Virus record (IMG/VR): IMGVR_UViG_3300019487_000017
Strand: one strand, 5' to 3'
Origin: a virus
DNA: 41,584 bases
Shown here: positions 28,763-37,261 of the stretch, piece after piece
How positions within the stretch are numbered: the stretch's first letter is position 1
Layout of the letters: each line of letters begins with the position of its first letter
Position numbers and translations under genes: made by a program
Notes under the pieces: model-generated
The model's database searches: none
Seen by the model: only the letters and a program-made list of their open reading frames with translations
What the model was told of the DNA's origin: nothing

Positions 28763-29164
28763 ATGGGTGCATATAAAAAATACATTGGTGAAACTGGTAG
28801 TGACGCGGCAATGGTGATCGTTAGTAGCAGTTCAAAAAACAAATATCCTGTAGGCTTTGAATACATGGCTGGCGGAGAGATATATAAAGTTATCAACGCT
28901 AGTAATGATGGGCAGACAGAATGGAGACGTTTAAGAAGATCAGATGGAAGTGTCGAAGATGTAACAGTAGAGACTATTGATAAAGATTTTAAACATACTA
29001 CACCAGATCAAAAGAATGATGCTATAATTCTTAAAGATCCGTATGTTGAAAAACAGAAAGAATTACAATTAAAGAAGGAGGTTAATACTATGCCAGCTAA
29101 GAAGTCTTCAAAGGCGGCTGCAAAGAAGCCAGCTAAGAAATCTGCTAAGAAGAAGTCGAAGTAA
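28763..29164 (+). CDS. hypothetical protein (SH3-like core) with Lys/Ala-rich tail
   Basis: AAGGA RBS; YPVGFEY...YKVI...WRRL; C-terminal PAKK repeats. Confidence 0.7.
   Translation: MGAYKKYIGETGSDAAMVIVSSSSKNKYPVGFEYMAGGEIYKVINASNDGQTEWRRLRRSDGSVEDVTVETIDKDFKHTTPDQKNDAIILKDPYVEKQKELQLKKEVNTMPAKKSSKAAAKKPAKKSAKKKSK
29090..29164 (+). CDS. nested in-frame histone H1-like 24-aa peptide
   Basis: AAGGAGGT at 29075-29082, 7 nt before in-frame ATG 29090; MPAKKSSKAAAKKPAKKSAKKKSK. Confidence 0.55.
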   Translation: MPAKKSSKAAAKKPAKKSAKKKSK

Positions 29165-29190
29165 GTTATTCGATTCCATTAGAAGAGCGT

Positions 29191-29223
29191 AAGCCCCGTA
29201 GCGTTACGGGGCTTTTTCTTTTT
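29191..29223 (+). terminator. intrinsic terminator
   Basis: aagccccgta-gcgt-tacggggctt perfect 10-bp stem followed by a T-tract. Confidence 0.9.
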
Positions 29224-29294
29224 ATAAAATTAACTTAACAAAGTAGATACGACGATATTTTATATAGTAGCTTACTATATATGGATATCACATA

Positions 29295-29936
29295 ATGAAT
29301 GCAGACTTAGTTAATGTAACAATCGGTATAGATCCTGGGTTAGGTGGTGGGGTAGCAATATTGCTTGGAGAACAGGCAGTAGTCTATGATATTCCTAAAA
29401 TTCGTCTTAAAGGGAAAAAGAATGCAAAAGATAGAACAGTATTTGATATGCCTAAAATGATTGGAATGCTCAGACCATTTGAAAAACAAAATGTTTTGTT
29501 TGCAATCGAAAAAGTTTCAGTACGACCTGGTGAACGCGGGGTTGCATCCTTTAACTTCGGAGAAGGATTTGGATATTGGAAAATGGCAGCAGTGGCGCTG
29601 GGATTTAAACTTGTCGAAATAAGACCGCAAGAATGGAAAAATCATTTTAGTGATTTATTAACTAGTAAAGAGATACTTGATTTGCGAGATTCTGAAAAAG
29701 CTTTAAAAGGTCAACTTAAAGCTGTGAAGGACACGAAGCTTAAAAAAAGTATTAATAAAGAGATAGCAACAGTTTCAAGGCAGATCAAAACGTTGGCTAA
29801 AGATTCTGCCAGATTGTATGCAACAAAGCTTCATCCTGTTCTTGCTGATTCATTTAAGCTGAAGAAAGATGATGGGAAGGCAGAGGCTTTGCTGATTGCT
29901 ACTTATGCACAGGCAAAACTTGCTTCTCAAGGATAA
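29295..29936 (+). CDS. RuvC-like Holliday junction resolvase
   Basis: IGIDPGLGGGVA, IEKV, FNFGEGFG, PQEWK, DGKAEALLIA. Confidence 0.85.
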   Translation: MNADLVNVTIGIDPGLGGGVAILLGEQAVVYDIPKIRLKGKKNAKDRTVFDMPKMIGMLRPFEKQNVLFAIEKVSVRPGERGVASFNFGEGFGYWKMAAVALGFKLVEIRPQEWKNHFSDLLTSKEILDLRDSEKALKGQLKAVKDTKLKKSINKEIATVSRQIKTLAKDSARLYATKLHPVLADSFKLKKDDGKAEALLIATYAQAKLASQG

Positions 29937-29938
29937 AA

Positions 29939-30334
29939 ATGAATTGGTTTAAAAAAGCAGAGCTGTTCAGAAAACCTAATTTAGAAGATAGAGATACGTT
30001 GAATTATAAGATACGCTTTTTAGAGGATTTACAATCCAGTATTAGTGATCTTAAAAAGATTGTATTTCAAGATGCTAGATATGTTAAGACATCTACTTTC
30101 AAGATTGCTAATAATAAAGCTACTTCATCATATCCTACTATTCAAGATTTGTTAATGCAAGCTGAAAGAATAGCTCTTGATAGTCCCTGGTCATACGGTA
30201 ATATTTGTAGTCAAGTCGAAGCTGAAGCTGAAAAACACATTAGAAAATTCAAAATCCAGAGAAAAAACCTTATTGATAATATACTGCCAAATCAATATCA
30301 CAAATGGGTAGAAGACCATAAGCCTGAGAAATAA
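29939..30334 (+). CDS. hypothetical protein with N-terminal MNWFKKA motif
   Basis: AAGGA RBS; shared N-terminal peptide. Confidence 0.75.
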   Translation: MNWFKKAELFRKPNLEDRDTLNYKIRFLEDLQSSISDLKKIVFQDARYVKTSTFKIANNKATSSYPTIQDLLMQAERIALDSPWSYGNICSQVEAEAEKHIRKFKIQRKNLIDNILPNQYHKWVEDHKPEK

Positions 30335-30352
30335 TGTTCGAGAAAGGTATTT

Positions 30353-31039
30353 ATGTCAGAAAATGAGGCTGAAAATAAAGATGGCAGTATAGTTCCATCT
30401 AATGAAGATAAAAAACATCAAATGCTTCCGCCTGGATTTGAGGATCTTCGTAAACGTCATCCGCGTTCAGATTGTACCCTTTGCCAATCTAAATATAGAG
30501 AAGAAGCACATGAATTATATAACCGTACTGGAAGCTTAAAACGTGTCCATCGTTTTTTAGTTGATGATCGACAGGAAAATATATCTTATCCATCTGTTCG
30601 AAATCATTTAAAGTTCCATTATGATTCTGTAAATGATAGAAGTCTTATACAGGAATACACAAAGGAAGTAGAAGGCTGGTTAGCACTTCAAGACGATCAA
30701 TTATTTGCTCTTAAACGTACAATGAGCATGATTGATAGAGAAATGAATACAATTGCTTCTCAAAATGAAGGTTTGCCATTGGCAGAACGTAGAAAAAATA
30801 GTGATACTTTAGCAAAATTAGGTGGATTACTTCTCCAGTACAGAGCTAAAATAACTGAATTAGAGGGAGAAAAAAGTCCTATAGAAACGGTGCTACAAAA
30901 TGTGGTAAAGCATCTGTATGTTATTATAAAAGAAGAACTTGACAATTCGGATAGTGAAGAAGTAAGACAAGTTGTGAGTAATATTTTGACAAAATTTAAA
31001 AAATCCATGAAAGCAAATGAGCTTTTGAAAGGAAATTAG
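30353..31039 (+). CDS. Zn-binding/HTH plus coiled-coil protein
   Basis: CTLC ... ISYPSVRNHLKFH (CxxC...HxxxH around an HTH-like segment), then helical; AAGGT RBS. Confidence 0.6.
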   Translation: MSENEAENKDGSIVPSNEDKKHQMLPPGFEDLRKRHPRSDCTLCQSKYREEAHELYNRTGSLKRVHRFLVDDRQENISYPSVRNHLKFHYDSVNDRSLIQEYTKEVEGWLALQDDQLFALKRTMSMIDREMNTIASQNEGLPLAERRKNSDTLAKLGGLLLQYRAKITELEGEKSPIETVLQNVVKHLYVIIKEELDNSDSEEVRQVVSNILTKFKKSMKANELLKGN

Positions 31040-31045
31040 TAAGGC

Positions 31046-31144
31046 GTGAAACAATCAATTAACAAAAGCAAAATTAAAAATAAGGTTTCTAATGTAAAAC
31101 AAAAAACTGGATGTAGTAGTTGCCGTAGAACAAAACCAAGGTAA
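31046..31144 (+). CDS. unannotated 32-aa basic CxxC peptide
   Basis: GTG start; MKQSINKSKIKNKVSNVKQKTGCSSCRRTKPR fills nearly all of the 113-nt gap. Confidence 0.45.
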   Translation: MKQSINKSKIKNKVSNVKQKTGCSSCRRTKPR

Positions 31145-31152
31145 ATAATATT

Positions 31153-33690
31153 ATGACGGATTTGGAAATAATTCTTCAAAAAACTTATAAGTCAATACGT
31201 GGAAAAGATTTGGATGATAAACAAAGTCATTCAATTTTAGAATCGCTATTGTCTTTCAGATTCATCTTTGATGAGATAATGGAAGGTCCGTCTATTGTTT
31301 ATAGAGACGTTTTTAGCTCTTCTGCATCTAGTAAAATGATATTTCCTTGTGATACCATAGAGTTAAGAGATATATTATCTTCTAAATACATTGATATTCA
31401 TAAGGATTTTGTTCCTGTTTTCTCGTTTGGATGTGGTCAGACTTTCTTTCGTAAATATCCGATTTTTCTGCTGTTAGATATGAGCAAAATCGAAGGTATA
31501 AGACAAGATTTTGGTGGTATATCCATTTTTAATGGTGAAAATCTATTTATAGGTTCTGCGATATTAAAGATAATCGTTAATCAACCGTCATTAGTTGATG
31601 TTGTCCAACGTGTACAATCAATTGTCAAAGAAATTTCCCCAAAATCATTAGAAGTATCTATATCTAATAGCGTACCCGGTGTAACCCCGTCTCCTTCAAT
31701 GCTTACCAAAGCCAATAATACTCCAAATATAAAAACAGCAGAAGCAATTGAAATACAATTGACGCCGGAAGAGGCAAATTTATTTAATAGGCTTAAATCA
31801 TTACGTGATACAGCTGGTTTAACAGGTAAAGTTGAGATGAGGGTAGCAGGAGGATGGGTAAGAGATAAACTTTTAGGTAGACCAAGTAAAGATATAGATA
31901 TCGCTATTAGTAATATGACAGGTGCAGAATTTGCCCAACGATTAGGAATAGGTGGAGCAGTTATAGAAGCTAATCCAGAAAAATCCAAAAATCTTGAAAC
32001 TGTTAAAGCGAATGTAGATGGACAAGAAGTAGATTTTGTTAATCTTAGATCTGAACAATATACAAATACCCGTATTCCTACTATGCAAATGGGTACTCCT
32101 GAAGAAGATGCAAAACGCAGAGATTTTACGATAAATGCAATGTTTTTTAATCTTGAAACCGGGCAAATAGAAGATTTTGTAGGCGGCAAAAAGGATTTAC
32201 AGAACATGTATTTGCGCACACCCCTAGACCCATTTCAAACATTCATGGATGATCCATTGAGGATGCTGCGTTTGTTACGTTTTCACAGTCGATATGAAGG
32301 TTCTACTGTTGATCCTAAAATCTTGGAAGCTATGAAAGATCCTAGAATACAAGAATCTTATAAATTAAAGGTATCGCCGGAAAGAGCCGGACCTGAATTA
32401 ATGGGAATGATGAAAGGTTCTGATCCTTCGTCTGCTTTAAGACTCCTGTTGGATACAGATCTATATAAAAGTGTGTTTAAAGTTCCAGGAATGGATAAAA
32501 CGCTAGGACTTAAAATAGATCAACAAAATGAGCATCATAAGTTAGATTTGATGAATCATACATTATCTGTAGTTGATAATTTGAACAAGATAATGAAAGA
32601 GAATGGAGAAAATGATAACACTAGAGCATTAATGAATTTTGCTGCGCTCTTTCATGATTTTGGAAAAATGCACCCGGAGGGAAGACAACCTCATCCTACG
32701 AAACCAAATCAGATGCAGTATTTGAAGCATGAAGATGTATCTGCTCAATTAGCAGATGAGATTCTAAAGTCTATTGGTGTTGGTGAAAATGAAAGAAAAT
32801 TTGTAAATAGGGTTGTATCAATGCATATGCGCCCGCATACAGATTCATGGACTCCTAAATCAATGGGAAAATTTATCAGAGATTCTATAATTCCAGGACA
32901 AGAATCAAATGATAATATTTGGAAATATGTTTTGTATCATGGAATGGCGGATTCCATGTCAAAAGGTTCAGATGATTGGCATGATGATGTAAATTTAAAA
33001 AAGCAACATATGGAAGGCTTCCAGAATTATATTACCAATAGACAACAAATGCCAGTTAATATACAAAAACCATTATTAAACGGTACTGAGATAATGGCGT
33101 TGATACCAGAATTAAAACCAGATACCGGCTTTATTCGTGTGATTAACGACATGCTTTTAAGTGAGCAGGACGCAGGAACATTACAGACAAAAGAACAAGC
33201 TCAACAAAAAGTATTAGAATGGAAACAAAACAACTTACAATCTTATATGTCTATGCCTAAAAATCAACAGTCACAACCTCAGCAAAATAACAAAGGGAAT
33301 ATTGCTTCTAACTGGTTTGCAAAAGTTAAAACAGCTGTTGATAATGATATTTATAAAGGTACATGGATTGAGGACAGATGGGATGATGTTGTTTACCGCC
33401 AATATGAAAAACCAATTTCTAATCCTAATCCAAAACCTAATATAGAGAAGTTACCTAGTGGAGAAACCTTGGTACATGATAGCGTACAAGTTCCATTTAG
33501 AGTAGGAGATAGAGTAAGGAATCGTCATAAAGGAATAGCTGCGGAGCAGCAATTTGGAAAAATTACAGATATCAAATTAGATAAAGATGGTTATCATGTA
33601 TATGTTATAAAGTGGGAAAATGTTAAAGACCCACAAACAATTCGTTTAAATAACACTTTAGAGATAGCTAGTTTATTAGCAAGGGCTTAA
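31153..33690 (+). CDS. cca: CCA-adding tRNA nucleotidyltransferase (class II) with HD domain and extra N- and C-terminal domains
   Basis: VAGGWVRDKLLG..SKDIDI, EEDAKRRDFTINA, DDPLRMLR..RF, VSPER; HD domain HT...LFHDFGK...HE..S...HM. Confidence 0.9.
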   Translation: MTDLEIILQKTYKSIRGKDLDDKQSHSILESLLSFRFIFDEIMEGPSIVYRDVFSSSASSKMIFPCDTIELRDILSSKYIDIHKDFVPVFSFGCGQTFFRKYPIFLLLDMSKIEGIRQDFGGISIFNGENLFIGSAILKIIVNQPSLVDVVQRVQSIVKEISPKSLEVSISNSVPGVTPSPSMLTKANNTPNIKTAEAIEIQLTPEEANLFNRLKSLRDTAGLTGKVEMRVAGGWVRDKLLGRPSKDIDIAISNMTGAEFAQRLGIGGAVIEANPEKSKNLETVKANVDGQEVDFVNLRSEQYTNTRIPTMQMGTPEEDAKRRDFTINAMFFNLETGQIEDFVGGKKDLQNMYLRTPLDPFQTFMDDPLRMLRLLRFHSRYEGSTVDPKILEAMKDPRIQESYKLKVSPERAGPELMGMMKGSDPSSALRLLLDTDLYKSVFKVPGMDKTLGLKIDQQNEHHKLDLMNHTLSVVDNLNKIMKENGENDNTRALMNFAALFHDFGKMHPEGRQPHPTKPNQMQYLKHEDVSAQLADEILKSIGVGENERKFVNRVVSMHMRPHTDSWTPKSMGKFIRDSIIPGQESNDNIWKYVLYHGMADSMSKGSDDWHDDVNLKKQHMEGFQNYITNRQQMPVNIQKPLLNGTEIMALIPELKPDTGFIRVINDMLLSEQDAGTLQTKEQAQQKVLEWKQNNLQSYMSMPKNQQSQPQQNNKGNIASNWFAKVKTAVDNDIYKGTWIEDRWDDVVYRQYEKPISNPNPKPNIEKLPSGETLVHDSVQVPFRVGDRVRNRHKGIAAEQQFGKITDIKLDKDGYHVYVIKWENVKDPQTIRLNNTLEIASLLARA

Positions 33691-33691
33691 T

Positions 33692-34600
33692 ATGTACCAA
33701 ATTGCATTTGGAGGTTATAAATTAGCAGGAACAGATTATTTTAGCAATTCTCCTAATATATATTATGAGCCTGGCTATACAATCTTGTTTCCTCTCGAAT
33801 TTACACTTAATAAATGTGATGTTGCATATTTTTTAATTCGTCAACGAGCTAATCCTGCTGGGACTTCTTTTAATACAGTAGCCGCAAATACTTTTAATGT
33901 TACAGTGAGAGATAGTACTACAGGTGAAAATGTAGATTTTTCAATGACTGATAATACAATTAATTCAGGTTGGAATGCAGTTACTCCAACTTATAATCCA
34001 TGTGTATTATCTGTAGCAATAAAACCAGATGAAAATGAAATATTAAGAGTACGCAATTTAGAGATTCAAATTGTTAATACCGTTGATAATAATGTCATAA
34101 CTTTTAGAGTTGCAATTACAGATGAAAATTTATCTTTCTCTTACCTAACTGTTTACAATGGCAATGACATAAATGATTTGGCAGTATCAACATTGGCAAA
34201 CAATGCTATTATTACACTGTCTTATGAAGGTTCATATACAATTTTGTCTCCTTCTGCTAGTTTTGAAGAAACATCAGAAGTAGACGATGCAGCATTTTCT
34301 TTTCCACAAGATTCAGTTTACTATAAACGAACTAACCTATATAATATGGAGGAATATGATTTCTCTATAGAAGAACCTACTCATGGGGCTATAAGAAACA
34401 ATGTAAGATTAGTTAAAATTCCCGAAAGACCGCATTGGGTTATTTTACAAATTGATGGTTATGCCAGACAAGCATTTGCTAATGAAACAGGTAATTTGAA
34501 CTTTAAGGTTGTAGCTAGGAGTAGAGAATCTGGCGAAACAGAAGGTACTTTTGTTGTTTATTTGCAAAGAAAACCGTTCCCTTATATGTTAGATGGTTAA
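33692..34600 (+). CDS. beta-rich acidic protein, possibly virion structural (Ig-like)
   Basis: Rich in T/N/V/S, low in Lys compared with neighbours, alternating beta-strand pattern. Confidence 0.55.
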   Translation: MYQIAFGGYKLAGTDYFSNSPNIYYEPGYTILFPLEFTLNKCDVAYFLIRQRANPAGTSFNTVAANTFNVTVRDSTTGENVDFSMTDNTINSGWNAVTPTYNPCVLSVAIKPDENEILRVRNLEIQIVNTVDNNVITFRVAITDENLSFSYLTVYNGNDINDLAVSTLANNAIITLSYEGSYTILSPSASFEETSEVDDAAFSFPQDSVYYKRTNLYNMEEYDFSIEEPTHGAIRNNVRLVKIPERPHWVILQIDGYARQAFANETGNLNFKVVARSRESGETEGTFVVYLQRKPFPYMLDG

Positions 34601-34602
34601 AT

Positions 34603-35109
34603 ATGAATTGGTTTAAATTATCATTTAGTAATGCGGAAGAAAAGGTTTCACAGAAAATTAAATCTGTTTTGAAATCGAATATCTTCTTTTTACATCTAAT
34701 GAAAGAGTATCATATTCCTATAGAAGATATAGACAATCATTTAAGAATTATATTTGTAGATTTACAAGGTAAATTTGCTGAGGGAAACGGTGAAGAGATT
34801 AAAATTAACAAAAAATTACTTGAACCTAATTTTATGAGCGATAACTTCCATTTTGTGGTTCATGAATTTTATCATTGGATTAAACGACGTTCTGAAGCGT
34901 TGTTCTATTTTAATGATGATGAGGAAGTAAAAAGCTTTGTTTTGGCGGCAGCATGGGAACTATATCGAGGGAAAAATATATCTTATGTAGAAAAGTTAAT
35001 GTTCCCAATCGTATCTGGACACTTTTCAGATCCAAATAAGGCAAAAAGTATGCTGCACCATATCGTGTCAGAAGCTTCTAAAATTATGCTACTTATCAAG
35101 AATCAGTAA
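34603..35109 (+). CDS. HExxH zinc metallopeptidase-like protein with MNWFKLS N-terminus
   Basis: IKINK...VVHEFYHW...DEEVKSF. Confidence 0.65.
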   Translation: MNWFKLSFSNAEEKVSQKIKSVLKSNIFFLHLMKEYHIPIEDIDNHLRIIFVDLQGKFAEGNGEEIKINKKLLEPNFMSDNFHFVVHEFYHWIKRRSEALFYFNDDEEVKSFVLAAAWELYRGKNISYVEKLMFPIVSGHFSDPNKAKSMLHHIVSEASKIMLLIKNQ

Positions 35110-35231
35110 TTTTATATAAAATCATGTATTAAAATAATTTATGATGAATAATTTTTACAATTTTTAATATAAAAAATTTGTAAGGGTTATGGTTAAAGGT
35201 AAGATAATGGTTAATAGCATATATTAAAGAT

Positions 35232-35963
35232 ATGCGACCATTACAAATGACTAGATATAAACAGGACAAGTCTCTTTGTGCAGTTGCGTCTTCTGCTTCT
35301 ACAGCCAATTATTATAATCCTGAGATTGATTATCTTGTTGCAAAGCGGATAGCTAGGAAACATGTAACATCAAAATTAAGTGATGGAATGCGTGCAGGAC
35401 AAATAGGATTGCTTTTAAACGCATTAGGATTTAATAAGGTGCGTTTGATTGCTTGTGATGTAAATATAGTCGATTTTGCTTGGAATAAGTTCTCTAACAT
35501 TAAAAAAATAGAAGCTATACAGGATTTATTAAATTCTGGTGGGTATAGCCATTCTCAACGTTTTGAACTTAAATGTCTTAAAAAATTCTTGTCTAACCCT
35601 GGATATAAAAATGAATTAATAGTAGATAATCATTTTGGGGAGCATATTAGAACCGCATTGGATGAAAGAAAGCCTGTAATGGCAAGTTATAATTGGACAA
35701 TGCTATGCAGAACACCAAAACAGAATAGAAGAGGCAATTCTGATTTTATTAATGGAACGTGCGATTATCATGAAGTATGTTTGAGAGGTTATAGTGAGGA
35801 TAAAGTCTATATAGTAGATAGTCATCATGAATTTTATAAACGGAAATTGAAATGTTTTAGTGGAGGATATTATTCAGTTTACTGGGAAGAATTGCTATTA
35901 GCAATGGGAATAGGTGATATTATTATTCCAATGGAATATGATAAAAATAAGATTAAAATATGA
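35232..35963 (+). CDS. C39-like (papain-fold) cysteine peptidase
   Basis: Q....CAVAS, HEVCLRGY....VYIVDS (C-H-D triad layout). Confidence 0.75.
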   Translation: MRPLQMTRYKQDKSLCAVASSASTANYYNPEIDYLVAKRIARKHVTSKLSDGMRAGQIGLLLNALGFNKVRLIACDVNIVDFAWNKFSNIKKIEAIQDLLNSGGYSHSQRFELKCLKKFLSNPGYKNELIVDNHFGEHIRTALDERKPVMASYNWTMLCRTPKQNRRGNSDFINGTCDYHEVCLRGYSEDKVYIVDSHHEFYKRKLKCFSGGYYSVYWEELLLAMGIGDIIIPMEYDKNKIKI

Positions 35964-36283
35964 ACTGGTTCAAAAAATCATTCCAAACTGGTAGTCCTGG
36001 CGATGTACTTTTAGGTATTCTTGTTGAAGCTGGAAAAAGTCCTTCTCAATTAACCGAGAACATTTATACCCGTTTTTCAGGTATCCCACGCGACACTTTA
36101 GAACAAGCATTATCTTATGCTTACAGCAAATTGGGTCAATTTGGTTATAGCATATTGACCGAAAATCAGAAGAACATTATTGGTCAATTGCAAACTATGA
36201 TCACAGGAGTCGATGTAGGTCAACCAGAACAACAACAGTCTGATGAACATGTTTTTACTGCCAATCCTCTTTCTCCTGTATAA
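35960..36283 (+). CDS. hypothetical protein with N-terminal MNWFKKS motif
   Basis: ATGA overlap with the upstream stop; shared N-terminal peptide. Confidence 0.7.
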   Translation: MNWFKKSFQTGSPGDVLLGILVEAGKSPSQLTENIYTRFSGIPRDTLEQALSYAYSKLGQFGYSILTENQKNIIGQLQTMITGVDVGQPEQQQSDEHVFTANPLSPV

Positions 36284-36306
36284 ATCAATTAAGATGTACG
36301 CTTTAT

Positions 36307-37029
36307 ATGCAACGCTATAAGTACCCTAGAATTAAACACTTTCCGTTCTCTCAACATATCACAACAGATGATAAAAGGGCGACAAAGAAAGAAATAAACA
36401 CTTGGTTCGATAACAAAGAAATAATTGTGACAGAAAAAATGGATGGTGAAAATTCTAATTTATATAGGGATTACATTCATGCTCGAACTACAGGATATAG
36501 TGATCATCCATCAAGACATTGGTTAAAAGGGTTGTGGGGGCAAATAAAATACAACATTCCAGAAGGTTGGCGAATATGTGGTGAAAATGTATTTGCAGAG
36601 CATTCCATTCATTATCTTAATTTGAGCAGTTATTTTTTAGTATTCAATATTTTTAATGCTGATAATGTTTGTATATCCTGGGATGAAACAGTAGATATGA
36701 CAGAAAATTTAGGGTTATCTACAGTTCCCGTTTTGTTTCGTGGAAAATGGAATGAAGATGAGGTACAAAAATGTTACAAAGGCTTCTCAACATTTACAGG
36801 GAGCTATGACGTTAAGTCTTTTAATATACATAATATGAGGATGCCTGCCCAAGAAGGATATGTTGCTAGAATAAGCGATTCAATTCAGTTCCCTAAAAAG
36901 GTGGAAAATCAACGTGATATTTTTGAGGGTATTGCTAAATTTGTACGAAAAAACCACGTAACTACTGACGAACACTGGCTTAATAAGCCAATTGTGAAAA
37001 ATGAGTTAAAAGATGCAGCAAACAGTTGA
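36307..37029 (+). CDS. ATP-dependent RNA ligase (PF09414-like)
   Basis: KYPRIKH, TEKMDGEN (KxDG), GEN, FNI, EGYVAR, AKFVR. Confidence 0.88.
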   Translation: MQRYKYPRIKHFPFSQHITTDDKRATKKEINTWFDNKEIIVTEKMDGENSNLYRDYIHARTTGYSDHPSRHWLKGLWGQIKYNIPEGWRICGENVFAEHSIHYLNLSSYFLVFNIFNADNVCISWDETVDMTENLGLSTVPVLFRGKWNEDEVQKCYKGFSTFTGSYDVKSFNIHNMRMPAQEGYVARISDSIQFPKKVENQRDIFEGIAKFVRKNHVTTDEHWLNKPIVKNELKDAANS

Positions 37030-37261
37030 TAGTGAAACTAATATTAGTTCTTATAATGCCGTATGTTTAAATCCAGAATGCAATTTAGAATTCAATACAT
37101 ATCCTGTTTTTGCAAATGCAAAATGGGACCAATGCCCGCAATGCGGGACAAAAGCTAATGTGGATATAAAGCTATGGCGAAAAAGAATAGAAGACCAACC
37201 CTTATTATCAGCCGTGGTTTACCGGCCTCCGGTAAGAGTCTATACGCGAAACAAACGGTAG
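37013..37261 (+). CDS. small zinc-ribbon protein
   Basis: CLNPEC ... CPQCG. Confidence 0.55.
   Translation: MQQTVDSETNISSYNAVCLNPECNLEFNTYPVFANAKWDQCPQCGTKANVDIKLWRKRIEDQPLLSAVVYRPPVRVYTRNKR

Noticed and set aside
35110-35231. Very AT-rich gap with an imperfect inverted repeat as a replication origin
   Set aside because: No iterons or DnaA boxes seen; such repeats are expected by chance at this AT content.
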